NCBI GenBank assembly: GCA_950097015.1
Contig: CATNEN010000011.1
Location: 3,286,001-3,350,000 of the forward strand
Source: Macrostomum hystrix
Taxonomy: Eukaryota; Animalia; Platyhelminthes
DNA: 64,000 nt
Reading direction: 5' to 3'
In this document: positions 1 to 13,024 of the stretch, in pieces
How positions within the stretch are numbered: position 1 is the stretch's first letter
How the letters are laid out: each line of letters starts with the position of its first letter
Program-made: the position numbers and the translations under genes
Notes under the pieces: model-generated
The model's input: only the letters and a program-made list of their open reading frames with translations
Told to the model about the DNA's origin: nothing
Databases searched by the model: none

Positions 1-3000
1 TGTCAGAATCCGCCAATAAATTTGAGAATACCAACTGCTTCTAATAACAGCATTGATGATAATCAAACGATAGCTAGCAATAGCTTATTATTGAATCCTT
101 TGTTAGTTTGCGAAGCTCGGGGTTTGAGACCATTCTGCTACGCTTCGAAGCATCGAATAGACAGCAGTCGAGTTATTGTACAATACGGCTGCCTAGCTAG
201 GGAGAGTAACGTGCTGCAGTGTATTGGCACGTCGGCTAGTTTGCATCACGTGCCGAAAGCCTTGGAGTGTTGCAACAGTAGTCAGTTGTGCAATCTGCTG
301 TTGAAACCGCAGCTGCCAATGTCAACCCAAACTTCGTCATCATCAGCTGATCTATCGTCTTCTCCTTCTTCGTCGGGAGATAATCAGCAGACTCCATCGT
401 CCACTCTGACTCTGATTGCTCTGGTATCAGTGAGTACAGTATTCGGTCTAGTGCTCATCATTGCCGCCGTGTACTTCATCGCTAAAAGATTATTAAATAA
501 AGGTGGTTTGCGCGGTAGGGGCGGGAAATCCCTGCCACCAAGAGACGCGCTTGAGTTGAGACCCCTTGGCTTTGATCAGCACACTGTCACCACTCCGCTG
601 ACCAATGTGGATAGTCAGCAGGAGCCGATGACGCAGAGTTTGTGCAGTCCGCAGTGCGTCGACTTCAGCAGCGGCAGCGGCAGCGGCGTGCCTAAAATTG
701 TACAGAGAACCATCGCCAAGGAGGTGGGGCTTATTCAGAATATTTTCAGTTTCATTTTGTCACAGAATTTCTGAAGGATTTTCTCACACAGTCACACACC
801 AAGCTCAGTTTATCTCACATTTCTCACCCACCAAGCTCAGTTTATCTCACACTTTCTCACCCACCAAGCTCAGTTTATCTCAAATTTTCTCACCCAACAA
901 GCTCAGTTTATCTCAAATTTTCTCACCCAACAAGCTCAGTTTATCTCACATTTTCTCACCCTCCAAGCTCAGTTTATCTCACATTTCTCACCCACCAAGC
1001 TCAGTTTATCTCACACTTTCTCACCCACCAAGCTCAGTTTATCTCAAATTTTCTCACCCAACAAGCTCAGTTTATCTCAAATTTTCTCACCCAACAAGCT
1101 CAGTTTATCTCAAATTTTCTCACCCAACAAGCTCAGTTTATCTCAAATTTTCTTACACAGCCACACACTAATTTCAGCTTTTCTCACATTTATTCTCACC
1201 CAATTCGTCTCCCAGGTGTCCCACCTACACGCTGTCGGTCGTGGCCGCTTCGGCGAGGTTTGGCGCGGCGAATGGCGTCACGAAGACGTAGCCGTGAAGG
1301 TGTTTTATTCCACAGAGGAGGCTAGCTGGGCCAGGGAGTCATCAATCTATGAGCAGTGCCTCATGCGGCATGAGAACATCCTGGCATTCTTGGCCTCAGA
1401 TATTAGCGGCACAGGCGGTTGGACTCAAATGGTGCTCATCACCGAATATCATCCCTTGGGATCTTTGCACGATTTTTTAAGCCAACAGCCGATGCTAACG
1501 CTCAACGACACTTTGCGCTTGATTTTCTCGGCCGCCAAAGGCGTGGCATTTTTGCACACCGAAATCTGTGGCAATCCCGGCAAGCCCGCCCTAGCACATC
1601 GCGACATAAAGAGTAGAAATATTCTGCTCAAGTCTGGCGGAGTCTGCTGCATCGCCGATCTGGGATTGGCTGTGCGATATTCCAGGTGAGTGACTGTCGA
1701 TTCTTCTGCTGCCAACTGCTTCGGTTTTTCCCGACTCTTTTATGGGAGTTTTGAGGATTTTGTTCCCAGCTCTGACAGAGAGGGAGTTCTGAGGATTTTA
1801 TTACCAACTCTCACAGAGAGGGAGTTTTGAGGATTTTGTTCCCAGCTCACTCAGAGAGGGAGTATTGAGGATTTTATTCCCAACTCTGACAGAGAGGGAG
1901 TTCTGAGGATTTTATTACCAACTCTGACAAAGAGGGAGTTTTGAGGATTTTATTCCCAACTCTGACAGAGAGGGAGTACTGAGGATTTTATTCCCAACTC
2001 TGACAGAGAGGGAGTACTGAGGATTTTATTCCCAACTCTGACAGAGAGGGAGTTTTGAGGATTTTATTACCAACTCTGACAGAGAGGGAGTTTTGAGGAT
2101 TTTATTACCAACTCTGACAGAGAGGGAGTTTTGAGGATTTTATTCCCAACTCTGACAGAGAGGGAGTTCTGAGGATTTTATTACCAACTCTCACAGAGAG
2201 GGAGTTCTGAGGATTTTGTTCGCAACTCTCTCAGAGAGGGAGTATTGAGGATTTTATTACCAACTCTGACAGAGAGGGAGTTTTGAGGATTTTATTACCA
2301 ACTCTGGCAGAGAGGGCGTTTTGAGGATTTTATTACCAACTCTGACAGAGAGGGAGTACTGAGGATTTTATTACCAACTCTGACAGAGAGGGAGTATTGA
2401 GGATTTTATTACCAACTCTGACAGAGAGGGAGTTTTGAGGATTTTATTACCAACTCTGGCAGAGAGGGAGTTTTAAGGATTTTATTACCAACTCTGACAG
2501 AGAGGGAGTTTTGAGGATTTTATTACCAACTCTGACAGAGAGGGAGTTTTGAGGATTTTATTACCAACTCTGACAGAGAGGGAGTTTTGAGGATTTTATT
2601 ACCAACTCTGGCAGAGAGGGAGTTTTAAGGATTTTATTCCCAACTCTGACAGAGAGGGAGTACTGAGGATTTTATTCCCAACTCTGACAGAGAGGGAGTA
2701 CTGAGGATTTTATTCCCAACTCTGACAGAGAGGGAGTATTGAGGATTTTATTCCCAACTCTGACAGAGAGGGAGTTTTGAGGATTTTATTCCCAACTCTG
2801 ACAGAGAGGGAGTATTGAGGATTTTTTTCCCAACTCTGACAGAGAGGGAGTTTTGAGGATTTTATTCCTAACTCTCACAGAGAGGGAGTTTTGAGGATTT
2901 TATTCCCAACTCTTTCAGAATGGGGAATATTCCTTCCCATTGTCTAAGAAGAGACATTTTTTATGGTTTTATTTAAAAAATAAATATGAGTTTTTAGGAT

Positions 3001-3637
3001 TTTTCTAAACTATTTCAGAGAGTGAGTCGAGTATTTTATTCCCAACTTTAGAAAGAGGGGTTTTAATGATTCTATTACGAAATTCTTTTAGAAATTAATA
3101 ATATTGTAATCCTAATGCAGTTAAGGAGCCGTATTTGGGATTTGTACAACAGGTTTCGCACTGAAATTCATCCCTACGCCATCCATCGCCAGCATCAGCG
3201 GTATGCTAGATCCTGCGCCGCCCCTAGTGCAGGGCACTAAGCGCTACTTCGCCCCGGAGATCCTGGACGCCACCCTGGACACTCGCTGCTTCGAAGCCCT
3301 GACCCAGGCTGACATGTACGCCTTCTCGCTAGTGATGTGGGAGACTCTGCTGCGCTGTTCGATACCCGGCCAGCTAGAGCCGATACCGTATCGATTGCCG
3401 TTTAGCGAACAGGCGCCAAATGATCCCTCTGTGGAGCTGATGCAATCGTTAATCTGCGAGCAGGGTCTCAGGCCGCCAGTGTCAGCTCAATGGCTAGCCA
3501 ATAATCTGGTATCGGTCATTGCTGAGACCATGGTCGAATGCTGGCAACATAGGGCCAGTGCTAGGCTGACTTCGTTGCGAGTTAAGAAAACTTTCCGCGA
3601 TCTTGACGAAACTGTACGATCGATTGCCGACTGTTGA
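1..3637 (+). CDS. tkv: TGF-beta family type I receptor Ser/Thr kinase, BMP type (thickveins/BMPR1-like); 5' partial; exons <1-723, 1216-1685, 3193-3637
   Basis: Cys-box [11 protein letters not shown] helix, GS box [19 protein letters not shown], kinase motifs [48 protein letters not shown]45 loop [10 protein letters not shown] resembles BMPR1/Tkv (DIKGTGSWTQ) more than ALK5 or ALK2. Introns 724-1215 (phase 0) and 1686-3192 (phase 2) are GT-AG and keep the frame. The frame is open from base 1. Confidence 0.88.
790..1150. repeat. 33-bp minisatellite in tkv intron
   Basis: Unit CAAGCTCAGTTTATCTCAAATTTTCTCACCCAA, about 11 copies. Confidence 0.95.
1745..2910. repeat. 38-bp minisatellite in tkv intron
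   Basis: Unit CTGACAGAGAGGGAGTTTTGAGGATTTTATTACCAACT, about 30 copies. Confidence 0.95.
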
Positions 3638-3659
3638 TGATGGGACGGGCAGATGGTGC

Positions 3660-6600
3660 GAATAAGGAAGGAGGAATCGTAGCAAGAATCGAAGGAGGGT
3701 AGCTAGAATTGAACGATGAATCGTAGCTAGAATCGAAAGAGGAACCGAAGGAGGAATCGTAGCTAGAATCAAATGAGGAATCGTAGCAAGAATCGAAGGG
3801 GGAATCGTAGCTAGAATCAAAGGAGGAATCGTAGCAAGAATCGAAGGGGGAATCGTAGCTAGAATCAAAGGAGGAATCGTAGCAAGAATCGAAGGGGGAA
3901 TCGTAGCTAGAATCAAAGGAGGAATCGTAGCTAGAATCAAAGGAGGAATCGTAGCTAGAATCAAAGGAGGAATCGTAGCTAGAATCAAAGGAGGAATCGT
4001 AGAAAGAATCAAAGGAGGAATCGTAGCTAGAATCAAAGGAGGAATCGTAGCTAGAATCAAAGGAGAAATCGTAGCTAGAATCAAAGGAGGAATCGTAGCA
4101 AGAATCAAAGGAGGAATCGTAGCTAGAATCAAAGGAGGAATCGTAGCTAGAATCGAATGAGGAATCGTAGCTAGAATCAAAGGAGGAATCGTAGCTAGAA
4201 TCGAATGAGGAATCGTAGCTAGAATCAAAGGAGGAATCGTAGCAAGAATCAAAGGAGGAATCGTAGCTAGAATCAAAGGAGGAATCGTAGCTAGAATCAA
4301 AGCAGGAATCGTAGCTAGAATCAAAGGAGGAATCGTAGCTAGAATCAAAGGAGGAATCGTAGCAAGAATAAAAAGAGGAATCGTAGCTAGAATCAAAGGA
4401 GGAATCGTAGCAAGAATCAAAGGAGGAATCGTACCTAGAATCAAAGGAGGAATCGTAGCAAGAATCAAAGGAGGAATCGTAGCTAGAATCAAAGGAGGAA
4501 TCGTAGCTAGAATCAAAGGAGGAATCGTAGCTAGAATCAAAAGAGGAATCGTAGCTAGAATCAAAGGAGGAATCGTAGCTAGAATCGAATGAGGAATCGT
4601 AGCTAGAATCAAAGGAGGAATCGTAGCAAGAATTAAAGGAGGAATCGTAGCAAGAATCAAAGGAGGAATCGTAGCAAGAATTAAAGGAGGAATCGTAGCA
4701 AGAATCAAAGGAGGAATCGTAGCTAGAATCAAAGGAGGAATCGTTGCTAAAGTCAAAGGAGGAATCGTAGCAAGAATAAAAAGAGGAATCGTAGCTAGAA
4801 TCAAAGGAGGAATCGTAGCAAGAATAAAAAGAGGAATCGTACCTAGAATCAAAGGAGGAATCGTAGCAAGAATCAAAGGAGGAATCGTAGCAAGAATCAA
4901 AGGAGGAATCGTAGCTAGAATCAAAGGAGGAATCGTAGCTAGAATCGAATGAGGAATCGTAGCTAGAATCAAAGGAGGAATCGTAGCTAGAATCAAAGGA
5001 GGAATCGTAGCAAGAATAAAAAGAGGAATCGTAGCTAGAGTCAAAGGAGGAATCGTAGCTAGAATCAAAGGAGGAATCGTAGCAAGAATAAAAAGAGGAA
5101 TCGTAGCTAGAGTCAAAGGAGGAATCGTAGCTAGAATCAAAGGAGGAATCGTAGCTAGAATCAAAAGAGGAATCGTAGCTAGAATCAAAGGAGGAATCGT
5201 AGCAAGAATCAAAGGAGGAATCGTAGCTAGAATCAAAGGAGGAATCGTAGCAAGAATCAAAGGAGGAATCGTAGCTAGAATCAAAGGAGGAATCGTTGCT
5301 AAAGTCAAAGGAGGAATCGTAGCAAGAATCAAAGGAGGAATCGTAGCTAGAATCAAAGGAGGAATCGTAGCTAGAATCGAATGAGGAATCGTAGCTAGAA
5401 TCAAAGGAGGAATCGTAGCTAGAATCAAAGGAGGAATCGTAGCAAGAATCAAAGGAGGAATCGTAGCTAGAGTCAAAGGAGGAATCGTAGCTAGAATCAA
5501 AGGAGGAATCGTAGCAAGAATCAAAAGAGGAATCGTAGCTAGAATCAAAGGAGGAATCGTAGCAAGAATAAAAAGAGGAATCGTAGCTAGAGTCAAAGGA
5601 GGAATCGTAGCTAGAATCAAAGGAGGAATCGTAGCAAGAATAAAAAGAGGAATCGTAGCTAGAGTCAAAGGAGGAATCGTAGCTAGAATCAAAGGAGGAA
5701 TCGTAGCTAGAATCAAAAGAGGAATCGTAGCTAGAATCAAAGGAGGAATCGTAGCAAGAATCAAAGGAGGAATCGTAGCTAGAATCAAAGGAGGAATCGT
5801 AGCAAGAATCAAAGGAGGAATCGTAGCTAGAATCAAAGGAGGAATCGTAGCTAGAATCAAAGGAGGAATCGTAGCAAGAATCAAAGGAGGAATCGTAGCT
5901 AGAATCAAAGGAGGAATCGTAGCTAGAATCGAATGAGGAATCGTAGCTAGAATCAAAGGAGGAATCGTAGCTAGAATCAAAGGAGGAATCGTAGCAAGAA
6001 TAAAAAGAGGAATCGTAGCTAGAGTCAAAGGAGGAATCGTAGCTAGAATCAAAGGAGGAATCGTAGCAAGAATCAAAAGAGGAATCGTAGCTAGAATCAA
6101 AGGAGGAATCGTAGCAAGAATCAAAGGAGGAATCGTAGCTAGAATCAAAGGAGGAATCGTAGCAAGAATCAAAGGAGGAATCGTAGCAAGAATCAAAGGA
6201 GGAATCGTAGCTAGAATCAAAGGAGGAATCGTAGCTAGAATCAAAAGAGGAATCGTAGCTAGAATCAAAGGAGGAATCGTAGCAAGAATCAAAGGAGGAA
6301 TCGTAGCTAGAATCAAAGGAGGAATCGTAGCAAGAATCAAAGGAGGAATCGTAGCTAGAATCAAAGGAGGAATCGTTGCTAAAGTCAAAGGAGGAATCGT
6401 AGCAAGAATCAAAGGAGGAATCGTAGCTAGAATCAAAGGAGGAATCGTAGCTAGAATCGAATGAGGAATCGTAGCTAGAATCAAAGGAGGAATCGTAGCA
6501 AGAATCAAAGGAGGAATCGTAGCAAGAATCAAAGGAGGAATCGTAGCTAGAATCAAAGGAGGAATCGTAGCTAGAATCGAATGAGGAATCGTAGCTAGAA

Positions 6601-7480
6601 TCAAAGGAGGAATCGTAGCTAGAATCAAAGGAGGAATCGTAGCAAGAATAAAAAGAGGAATCGTAGCTAGAGTCAAAGGAGGAATCGTAGCTAGAATCAA
6701 AGGAGGAATCGTAGCTAGAATCAAAAGAGGAATCGTAGCTAGAATCAAAGGAGGAATCGTAGCAAGAATCAAAGGAGGAATCGTAGCTAGAATCAAAGGA
6801 GGAATCGTAGCAAGAATCAAAGGAGGAATCGTAGCTAGAATCAAAGGAGGAATCGTAGCTAGAATCAAAGGAGGAATCGTAGCAAGAATCAAAGGAGGAA
6901 TCGTAGCTAGAATCAAAGGAGGAATCGTAGCTAGAATCGAATGAGGAATCGTAGCTAGAATCAAAGGAGGAATCGTAGCTAGAATCAAAGGAGGAATCGT
7001 AGCTAGAATCGAATGAGGAATCGTAGCTAGAATCAAAGGAGAAATCGTAGCTAGAATCAAAGGAGGAATCGTAGCTAGAATAAAAAGAGGAATCGTAGCT
7101 AGAGTCAAAGGAGGAATCGTAGCTAGAATCAAAGGAGGAATCGTAGCAAGAATCAAAAGAGGAATCGTAGCTAGAATCAAAGGAGGAATCGTAGCAAGAA
7201 TCAAAGGAGGAATCGTAGCTAGAATCAAAGGAGGAATCGTAGCAAGAATCAAAGGAGGAATCGTAGCAAGAATCAAAGGAGGAATCGTAGCTAGAATCAA
7301 AGGAGGAATCGTAGCTAGAATCAAAGGAGGAATCGTAGCTAGAATCGAAGTAATTATCGTTGAAGCATCGAATAAGGAATCGTAGCTAGAATCGAAAGAG
7401 GAATCGAAGCAAGAATCGAAGGAGGGTAGCTAGAATTGAACGAGCAATCGTAGCTAGAATCGAAGGAGGAATCGTAGCTG
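3660..7480. repeat. 24-bp satellite array directly after tkv stop codon
   Basis: Unit AGGAGGAATCGTAGCTAGAATCAA, roughly 155 copies with recurring variants; source of the spurious 1276-aa LILATIPP ORF. Confidence 0.97.
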
Positions 7481-7964
7481 AGGTCAAGGTAAGAAATAAT
7501 AGCAAACATGTAATTAGGAGTGAGATAATATGCACCTTCGACATAATCATGCCTTAATTTTGTAAGTTACTTGCCTTATTTTAGTTAAAAGGCGTGCCTA
7601 TTCAAATTTTTATGCTTTGCTCAAGTGAGTGTATTTAACTGCTAGCTATTTATCATTTGGCTTCTTACCAACGGTGACAATCAAATGCTTAGTGAGTAAT
7701 TATGCACTTGTAGTTGAACAACATTGTGTACATTTTTGTAGTTTAATGTTTCCTTTCAAAATTCTTTGCTGCTTGACTAAATATACCAAATGGCATGTAC
7801 TTTTATGATTAATTTTATGTAACCCATTGCTAGTCTAATTATGTTCCCCTGAATGGCTTCGATGGGAGTTTTTTGAACAGGTTATTTCAAATTTCTTTCT
7901 TTATTGTTGCTCTGTTCTTATTGTATCTCTTTTCTTTCTCCCTCGTTCAAATAAACCTTCATTT

Positions 7965-8590
7965 CCATTGTCACTCCTTCCCGATTTCACTCCTTACCTG
8001 TGTCACTTCTTACCTGTGTCACTCCTTACCTGTGTCACTCCTTACCTGTGTCACTCCTTACCTGTGTCACTCCTTACCTGTGTCACTCCTTACCTGTGTC
8101 ACTCCTTACCATTGTCACTCCTTACCTGTGTCACTCCTTACCTGTGTCACTCCTTCCCGATGTCACTCCTTACCATTGTCACTCCTTACAAGTGTCACCC
8201 CTTCCCGATTTCACTCCTTACAAGTGTCACCCCTTACCGATGTCACTCCTTACCAGTGTCACCCCTTACCAGTGTCACTCCTTACCGATGTCACTACTTC
8301 CCGATTTCACTCCTTACCGATGTCACTACTTCCCGATTTCACTCCTTCCCGATGTCACTCCTTCCCGTTGTCACTCCTTACCGATGTCACTCCTTACCGA
8401 TGTCACTCCTTACCAGTGTCACTCCTTACCGATGTCACTCCTTACCAGTGTCACTCCTTACCAGTGTCACTCCTTACCAGTGTCACTCCTTACCAGTGTC
8501 ACTCCTTACCGATGTCACTACTTCCCGATTTCACTCCTTCCCGATGTCACTCCTTACCGATGTCACTCCTTACCGATGGCACTCCTTACA
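7965..8590. repeat. 16-bp minisatellite
   Basis: Unit TGTCACTCCTTACCTG / TGTCACTCCTTACCGA. Confidence 0.95.
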
Positions 8591-9289
8591 GATCGATGTA
8601 AATCTATCTCATGGTCACACCTCGCCTATCTCTATTGTATTTAAAAGATGAATTTAAAAGAAATTTTAAGTGCCTTTTAGATGTTGCAATTTTGTAAATA
8701 TTATTAACATAATTGTACATCTATGGCATGTTTTTAATTTGCCAATCGTCATATACTACTTATTCACTGATTAGTAGTGTGTAAATAAACTGAATAGCGG
8801 CTTGATATAGATCTCATATATTAAATTGAATCGCTTTTATTTTATCCACAGCTCGGGTTCTTGCACTTTTATCGCGTATATTTGACACCCGATTTCAATT
8901 TTTTTCGTGTCTATTTCCTCTAGGGCGCTGTTTTAGAAGCTTACATAATATTTTATAGTGCTTTACAGTGTCTAAATTTATAAGGAAACCGATCGATGAA
9001 CAAAAAACTAGGTCCATCTAATGTTTCTCTCTCGCCTGGGCTATTTTTGTCAAACAAATAAACTTCCGTCGTGTTTATTTTACTATATTTTAAATTATTT
9101 ATTTATTACTGATTATTATAAGTTGCATTTTTTTCGCTGAAAAAATTATTGCGACTGATTTGGGAATCGAAAAATATATAGATAGGTAGGTAGGAAAGGG
9201 ACTATTTTGACTAGTCAAAAACGTGGACAAGTAAATAGGTACATAAAAAAGTAAAAACAGGTTGGTAAGAAAGTAGTGAGGTGAGTTAA

Positions 9290-9660
9290 ACATTTTAAAG
9301 GTAGATAATAAAAGTAGACAGGTAAATAGAAGAGTAGACAGGTAAATAGAAGAGTAGACAGGTAAATAGAAAAGTAGACAAACGAATTGAAAAGTAGACA
9401 GGTAGATAAGAAAGTAGACAGGTAGATAAGAAAGTAGACAGGTAGAGAAGAAAGTAGACAGGTAGATATGAAAGTAGACAGGTAGAGAAGAAAGTAGACA
9501 GGTAGAGAAGAAAGTAGACAGGTAGAGAAGAAAGTAGACAGGTAGAGAAGAAAGTAGACAGGTAGATAAGAAAGTAGACATGTAGATAAGAAAGTAGACA
9601 TGTAGATAAGAAAGTAGACAGGTAGATAAGAAAGTAGACAGGTAGATAAGAAAATGAGAC
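9290..9660. repeat. 20-bp minisatellite upstream of ATG5 first coding exon
   Basis: Unit AAAGTAGACAGGTAGAGAAG. Confidence 0.95.
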
Positions 9661-9737
9661 AGGTAGGAAGTAAGAAAGTTTAGTTCTATGCCAAATAAAT
9701 TCTCACCCTGCGGCTCGGTCGCGTCACCTGTCCGCAG

Positions 9738-11814
9738 ACTGCCCCGGACTCAATTCAGCGCCAGGTGTGGGACGGCAAGCTGCCGGTGTGTTTCGTTCTA
9801 CCCGAAGATCCTGACGTGCCGCCTCTGTACTCGCTGGTGCCGCGGGTAGGCTACTTCCCGGCCCTGCTGGATCGCCTCAGGGCCCACCTGGCTAGGCACG
9901 CAGGCATTGACGACGACTCGCCTAACGGCAATCAGCTGTGGCTGCGATCGGCTGGTAGGCCGCTACGCTGGCACCTGCCAGTTGGGCTGCTGTACGACCT
10001 GGAGGATAGGACCGCCGCGCCACCGCCCCTGCCCTGGGAGGTAAGGACTGAGTTCAGGACAGACTGCTACGAGAAAGTAGAGAAAGTAGGGGAGAAAGTA
10101 GGTAGAGTAGAGGTGAAGAAAGTAGGATAGAGTAGAGGGGGAGAAAGTAGGATAGAATAGAGGGGGAGAAAGTAGGGTAGAGTAGAGGTGAAGAAAGTAG
10201 GATAGAGTAGAGGGGGAGAAAGTAGGGTAGAGTAGAGGTGAAGAAAGTAGGATAGAATAGAGGGGGAGAAAGTAGGGTAGAGTAGAGGCGAAGAAAGTAG
10301 GGTAGAGTAGAGGCGAAGAAAGTAGGGTAGAGTAGAGGCGAAGAAAGTAGGATAGAGTAGAGGCGAAGAAAGTAGGGTAGAGTAGAGGGGTAGAAAGTAG
10401 GATAGAGTAGAGGCGAAGAAAGTAGGGTAGAGTAGAGGTGAAGAAAGTAGGATAGAGTAGAGGGGGAGAAAGTAGGATAGAGTAGAGGGGGAGAAATTAG
10501 GATAGAGTAGAGGGGGAGAAGAAGGGTAGAGTAGAGGTGAAGAAAGTAGGATAGAGTAGAGGGGGAGAAAGTAGGATAGAGTAGAGGGGGAGAAGAAGGG
10601 TAGAGTAGAGGTGAAGAAAGTAGGATAGAGTAGAGGGGGAGAAAGTAGGATAGAGTAGAGGGGGAGAAGAAGGGTAGAGTAGAGGTGAAGAAAGTAGGAT
10701 AGAGTAGAGGGGGAGAAAGTAGGATAGAGTAGAGGGGATAAAACTAGGCTAGAGTAGAGGGGAAGAAGTAGGAGGAAGTGAAGGGTAAGATGAGATTGAT
10801 ATATGCATATATGGAAAATATATGCATTTTTGTAATAATATGAATTGCTTCCTATTTGCGAAATCAAACCTCTCAGATTGAGATTCGAACCCGTGACTTC
10901 CCAGCTGACGAACTGGTCTCCTTCGGGCCGGACAACAGTCTGGAAGCCTTTTTTCTCTACTGCGTTAAGGAGGCCGACGCGTTGAAGCACCGGGCCCGCG
11001 TCGTCAACGAGATGAGCCAGAAGGAGCACAAGCAGTTGTGGCACGGTCTGCTCAACGATCAATTTGAGCAGTTTTCGGTTGTCAACCGGAAACTGATGGA
11101 CGGAGAGGCTAGGCATTTGCCGTTCAGAATTTATCAGCCACTGCCCGATGGTAATTCTCATTGCGGACAGGGTAGTCTAACGCGTTTGCCACTCGCACCA
11201 AGGTCCCTGAGCTCGATTCCGCGGCGAGGCCGCATTCATTTGGGGCGCAGCCGCGGAGAGACGGCTTGGAGGCTTGTCGTGCAATTTACGCCCTTGAGGG
11301 CCAACCTAAAAGGCACAGTGAGAGTGTACACTGCCTGACGATGAGAAAGTCAGAGCAGATGTACACACTTTTATGTCAACAAATGATGTGCCATTGCCCG
11401 CAGCCCTTCTGTAATTACAGGTGTATTATTATTATTATTAGTATTTTTATTAGGCTTATGATATTTTACGGATTAGGAATAGGAAATAAATTTCTGGCAC
11501 AAATCTCCCTCAACCTGTTTCATCATCCCAACTCAGGCAATCTCAGTGTTGTGCAATGCCTGGCCAAGCCGCTTCGAGAGGACTCCAGTCCAATGACCTT
11601 AGCTGACTTGTTGCATGCCTGCATGCCCGCCCAGTCGGATCGCCAGGCGTCGCCTGTTACCTTGGCAACCCACGGCATCAACCTGCCAATGGAGACCCCA
11701 TTAGCCTGGGCCTATGACAAGCTGGCCTATCCTGATAACTTTCTGCATCTGGTATTGCGCCCTGAAAAATCCATTGGCGAGGATTCCAGTGCGACAGGGA
11801 GCAGTGAACAATGA
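9738..11814 (+). CDS. ATG5: Autophagy protein 5; exons 9738-10040, 10877-11150, 11537-11814; no genomic ATG found
   Basis: VWDGKLPVCF, LRWHLPVGLLYDL, LPWE|IEIRTRDFP, KEADALKHR, HKQLWHGL, LPFRIY, ETPLAWAYDKLAYPDNFLHL all match ATG5. GT-AG introns 10041-10876 (phase 0) and 11151-11536 (phase 1) join in frame. Confidence 0.93.
10070..10790. repeat. about 25-bp purine-rich minisatellite in ATG5 intron 1
   Basis: Unit GAGAAAGTAGGATAGAGTAGAGGGG with variants. Confidence 0.93.
11165..11440 (+). mobile_element. tRNA-derived SINE, family A (ATG5 intron 2)
   Basis: tRNA-like head with B-box-like GAGCTCGATTCC, conserved body GGCACAGTGAGAGTGTACACTGCCTGACG, and (TTA)n tail. Homologous segments at 23005, 30500, 41955 and 43430. 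Confidence 0.75.
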
Positions 11815-11829
11815 CCTGAGGAGTGACAA

Positions 11830-12410
11830 ATAAGCTATGAGCAGCGAGAAGTGAGCTATGACTAGTTAGAAATGAGTTATGAGCAGTGAGAAAGGAGCAG
11901 TGAATAGTGAGAAATAAACTATGAGCAGTGATAAATAAACTATGAGCAGTGATAAATAAACTATGAGCAGTGATAAATAAACTATGAGCAGTGATAAATA
12001 AACTATGAGCAGTGAGAAATAATCGATGAGCAGTGAGAAATGAGCTATGAGCAGTGAGAAATGAGCTATGAGCAGTGAGAAATGAGCTATGAGCAGTGAG
12101 AAATGAGCTATGAGCAGTGAGAAATGAGCTATGAGCAGTGAGAAATGAGCTATGAGCAGTGAGAAATGAGCTATGAGCAGTGAGAAATGAGCAGTGTGAA
12201 ATGAGCTATGAGCAGTGAGAAATGAGCTATGAGCAGTGTGAAATAAACTATGAGCAGTGATAAATAAGCGATGAGCAGTGAGAAATGAGCTATGAGCAGT
12301 GAGAAATGAGCTATGAGCATTAAGAAATGTGCTATGAGCAGTGAGAAATGAGCTATGAGCAATTAGCAGCGAGAAATGAGTTGTGAGTGAGCTATGAGCA
12401 GTTAGCACAG
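11830..12410. repeat. 21-bp minisatellite immediately after ATG5 stop
   Basis: Unit GAGCAGTGAGAAATGAGCTAT; proximal variant GAGCAGTGATAAATAAACTAT contains AATAAA. Confidence 0.95.
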
Positions 12411-13024
12411 AAGCGGTCATCGGTCAGCATATTATAAAAAAACTAATAGTTTTATTTTCATGTAAAGTGTTTGTAATAAATTTTTATGAAGGATTGAATT
12501 GCTGTACATGTCTTTCCGTTAAATTATAGCTATGCGTGCATGCTGAGTACTACTATTAATACTATACTTGTATTGTAGAAAAGTAAGATGTGATTAAAAA
12601 ATGGAAAATATTAAATTTATTATTATGGTACAGGCAGTATATACAATTATTAATATTGTAATGTTTGGCCATGTCGAATTCTTTAAATACAATTCTCAAA
12701 GCTTAAATCAATAAAAATATTTTATAATAAAAGTTTTATTAGCGAAATCAAATTGTACACAAGCTTAAGAAAATTTCTGGCATTGAACAATGAATCTTAA
12801 ATCTTTATTTCCATTAAGAATCCATTCCATTATCCATTAAGATTTCATTAAGTTGCCGTTTATTTTATTTTATTTTTATCGACAAATTAGTCTAAAGCAT
12901 AGTAAAGTTTAATTTCAATTATGTACATAAAAAGCTTAATAATTAATTTGAAGTTACAATACCTTACCGCCATATTATGTCGCAGTACACATTGAGACGA
13001 AAAAACAGCACGCTTCAATTTAGG

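Noticed and set aside
3191-3198. Tandem in-frame acceptors for the tkv last exon (AG 3191-3192 and 3197-3198)
   Set aside because: They differ by two codons only and cannot be resolved from sequence; low significance.
3494-7324. 1276-aa LILATIPP ORF on the - strand
   Set aside because: Stop-free frame of a 24-bp satellite; it overlaps the tkv last exon antisense and has no domain content.
11320-11350. Hammerhead ribozyme in SINE-A (CTGACGA...GAAA)
   Set aside because: No stem II can form between CTGACGA and GAAA; it is better explained as a simple hairpin loop.
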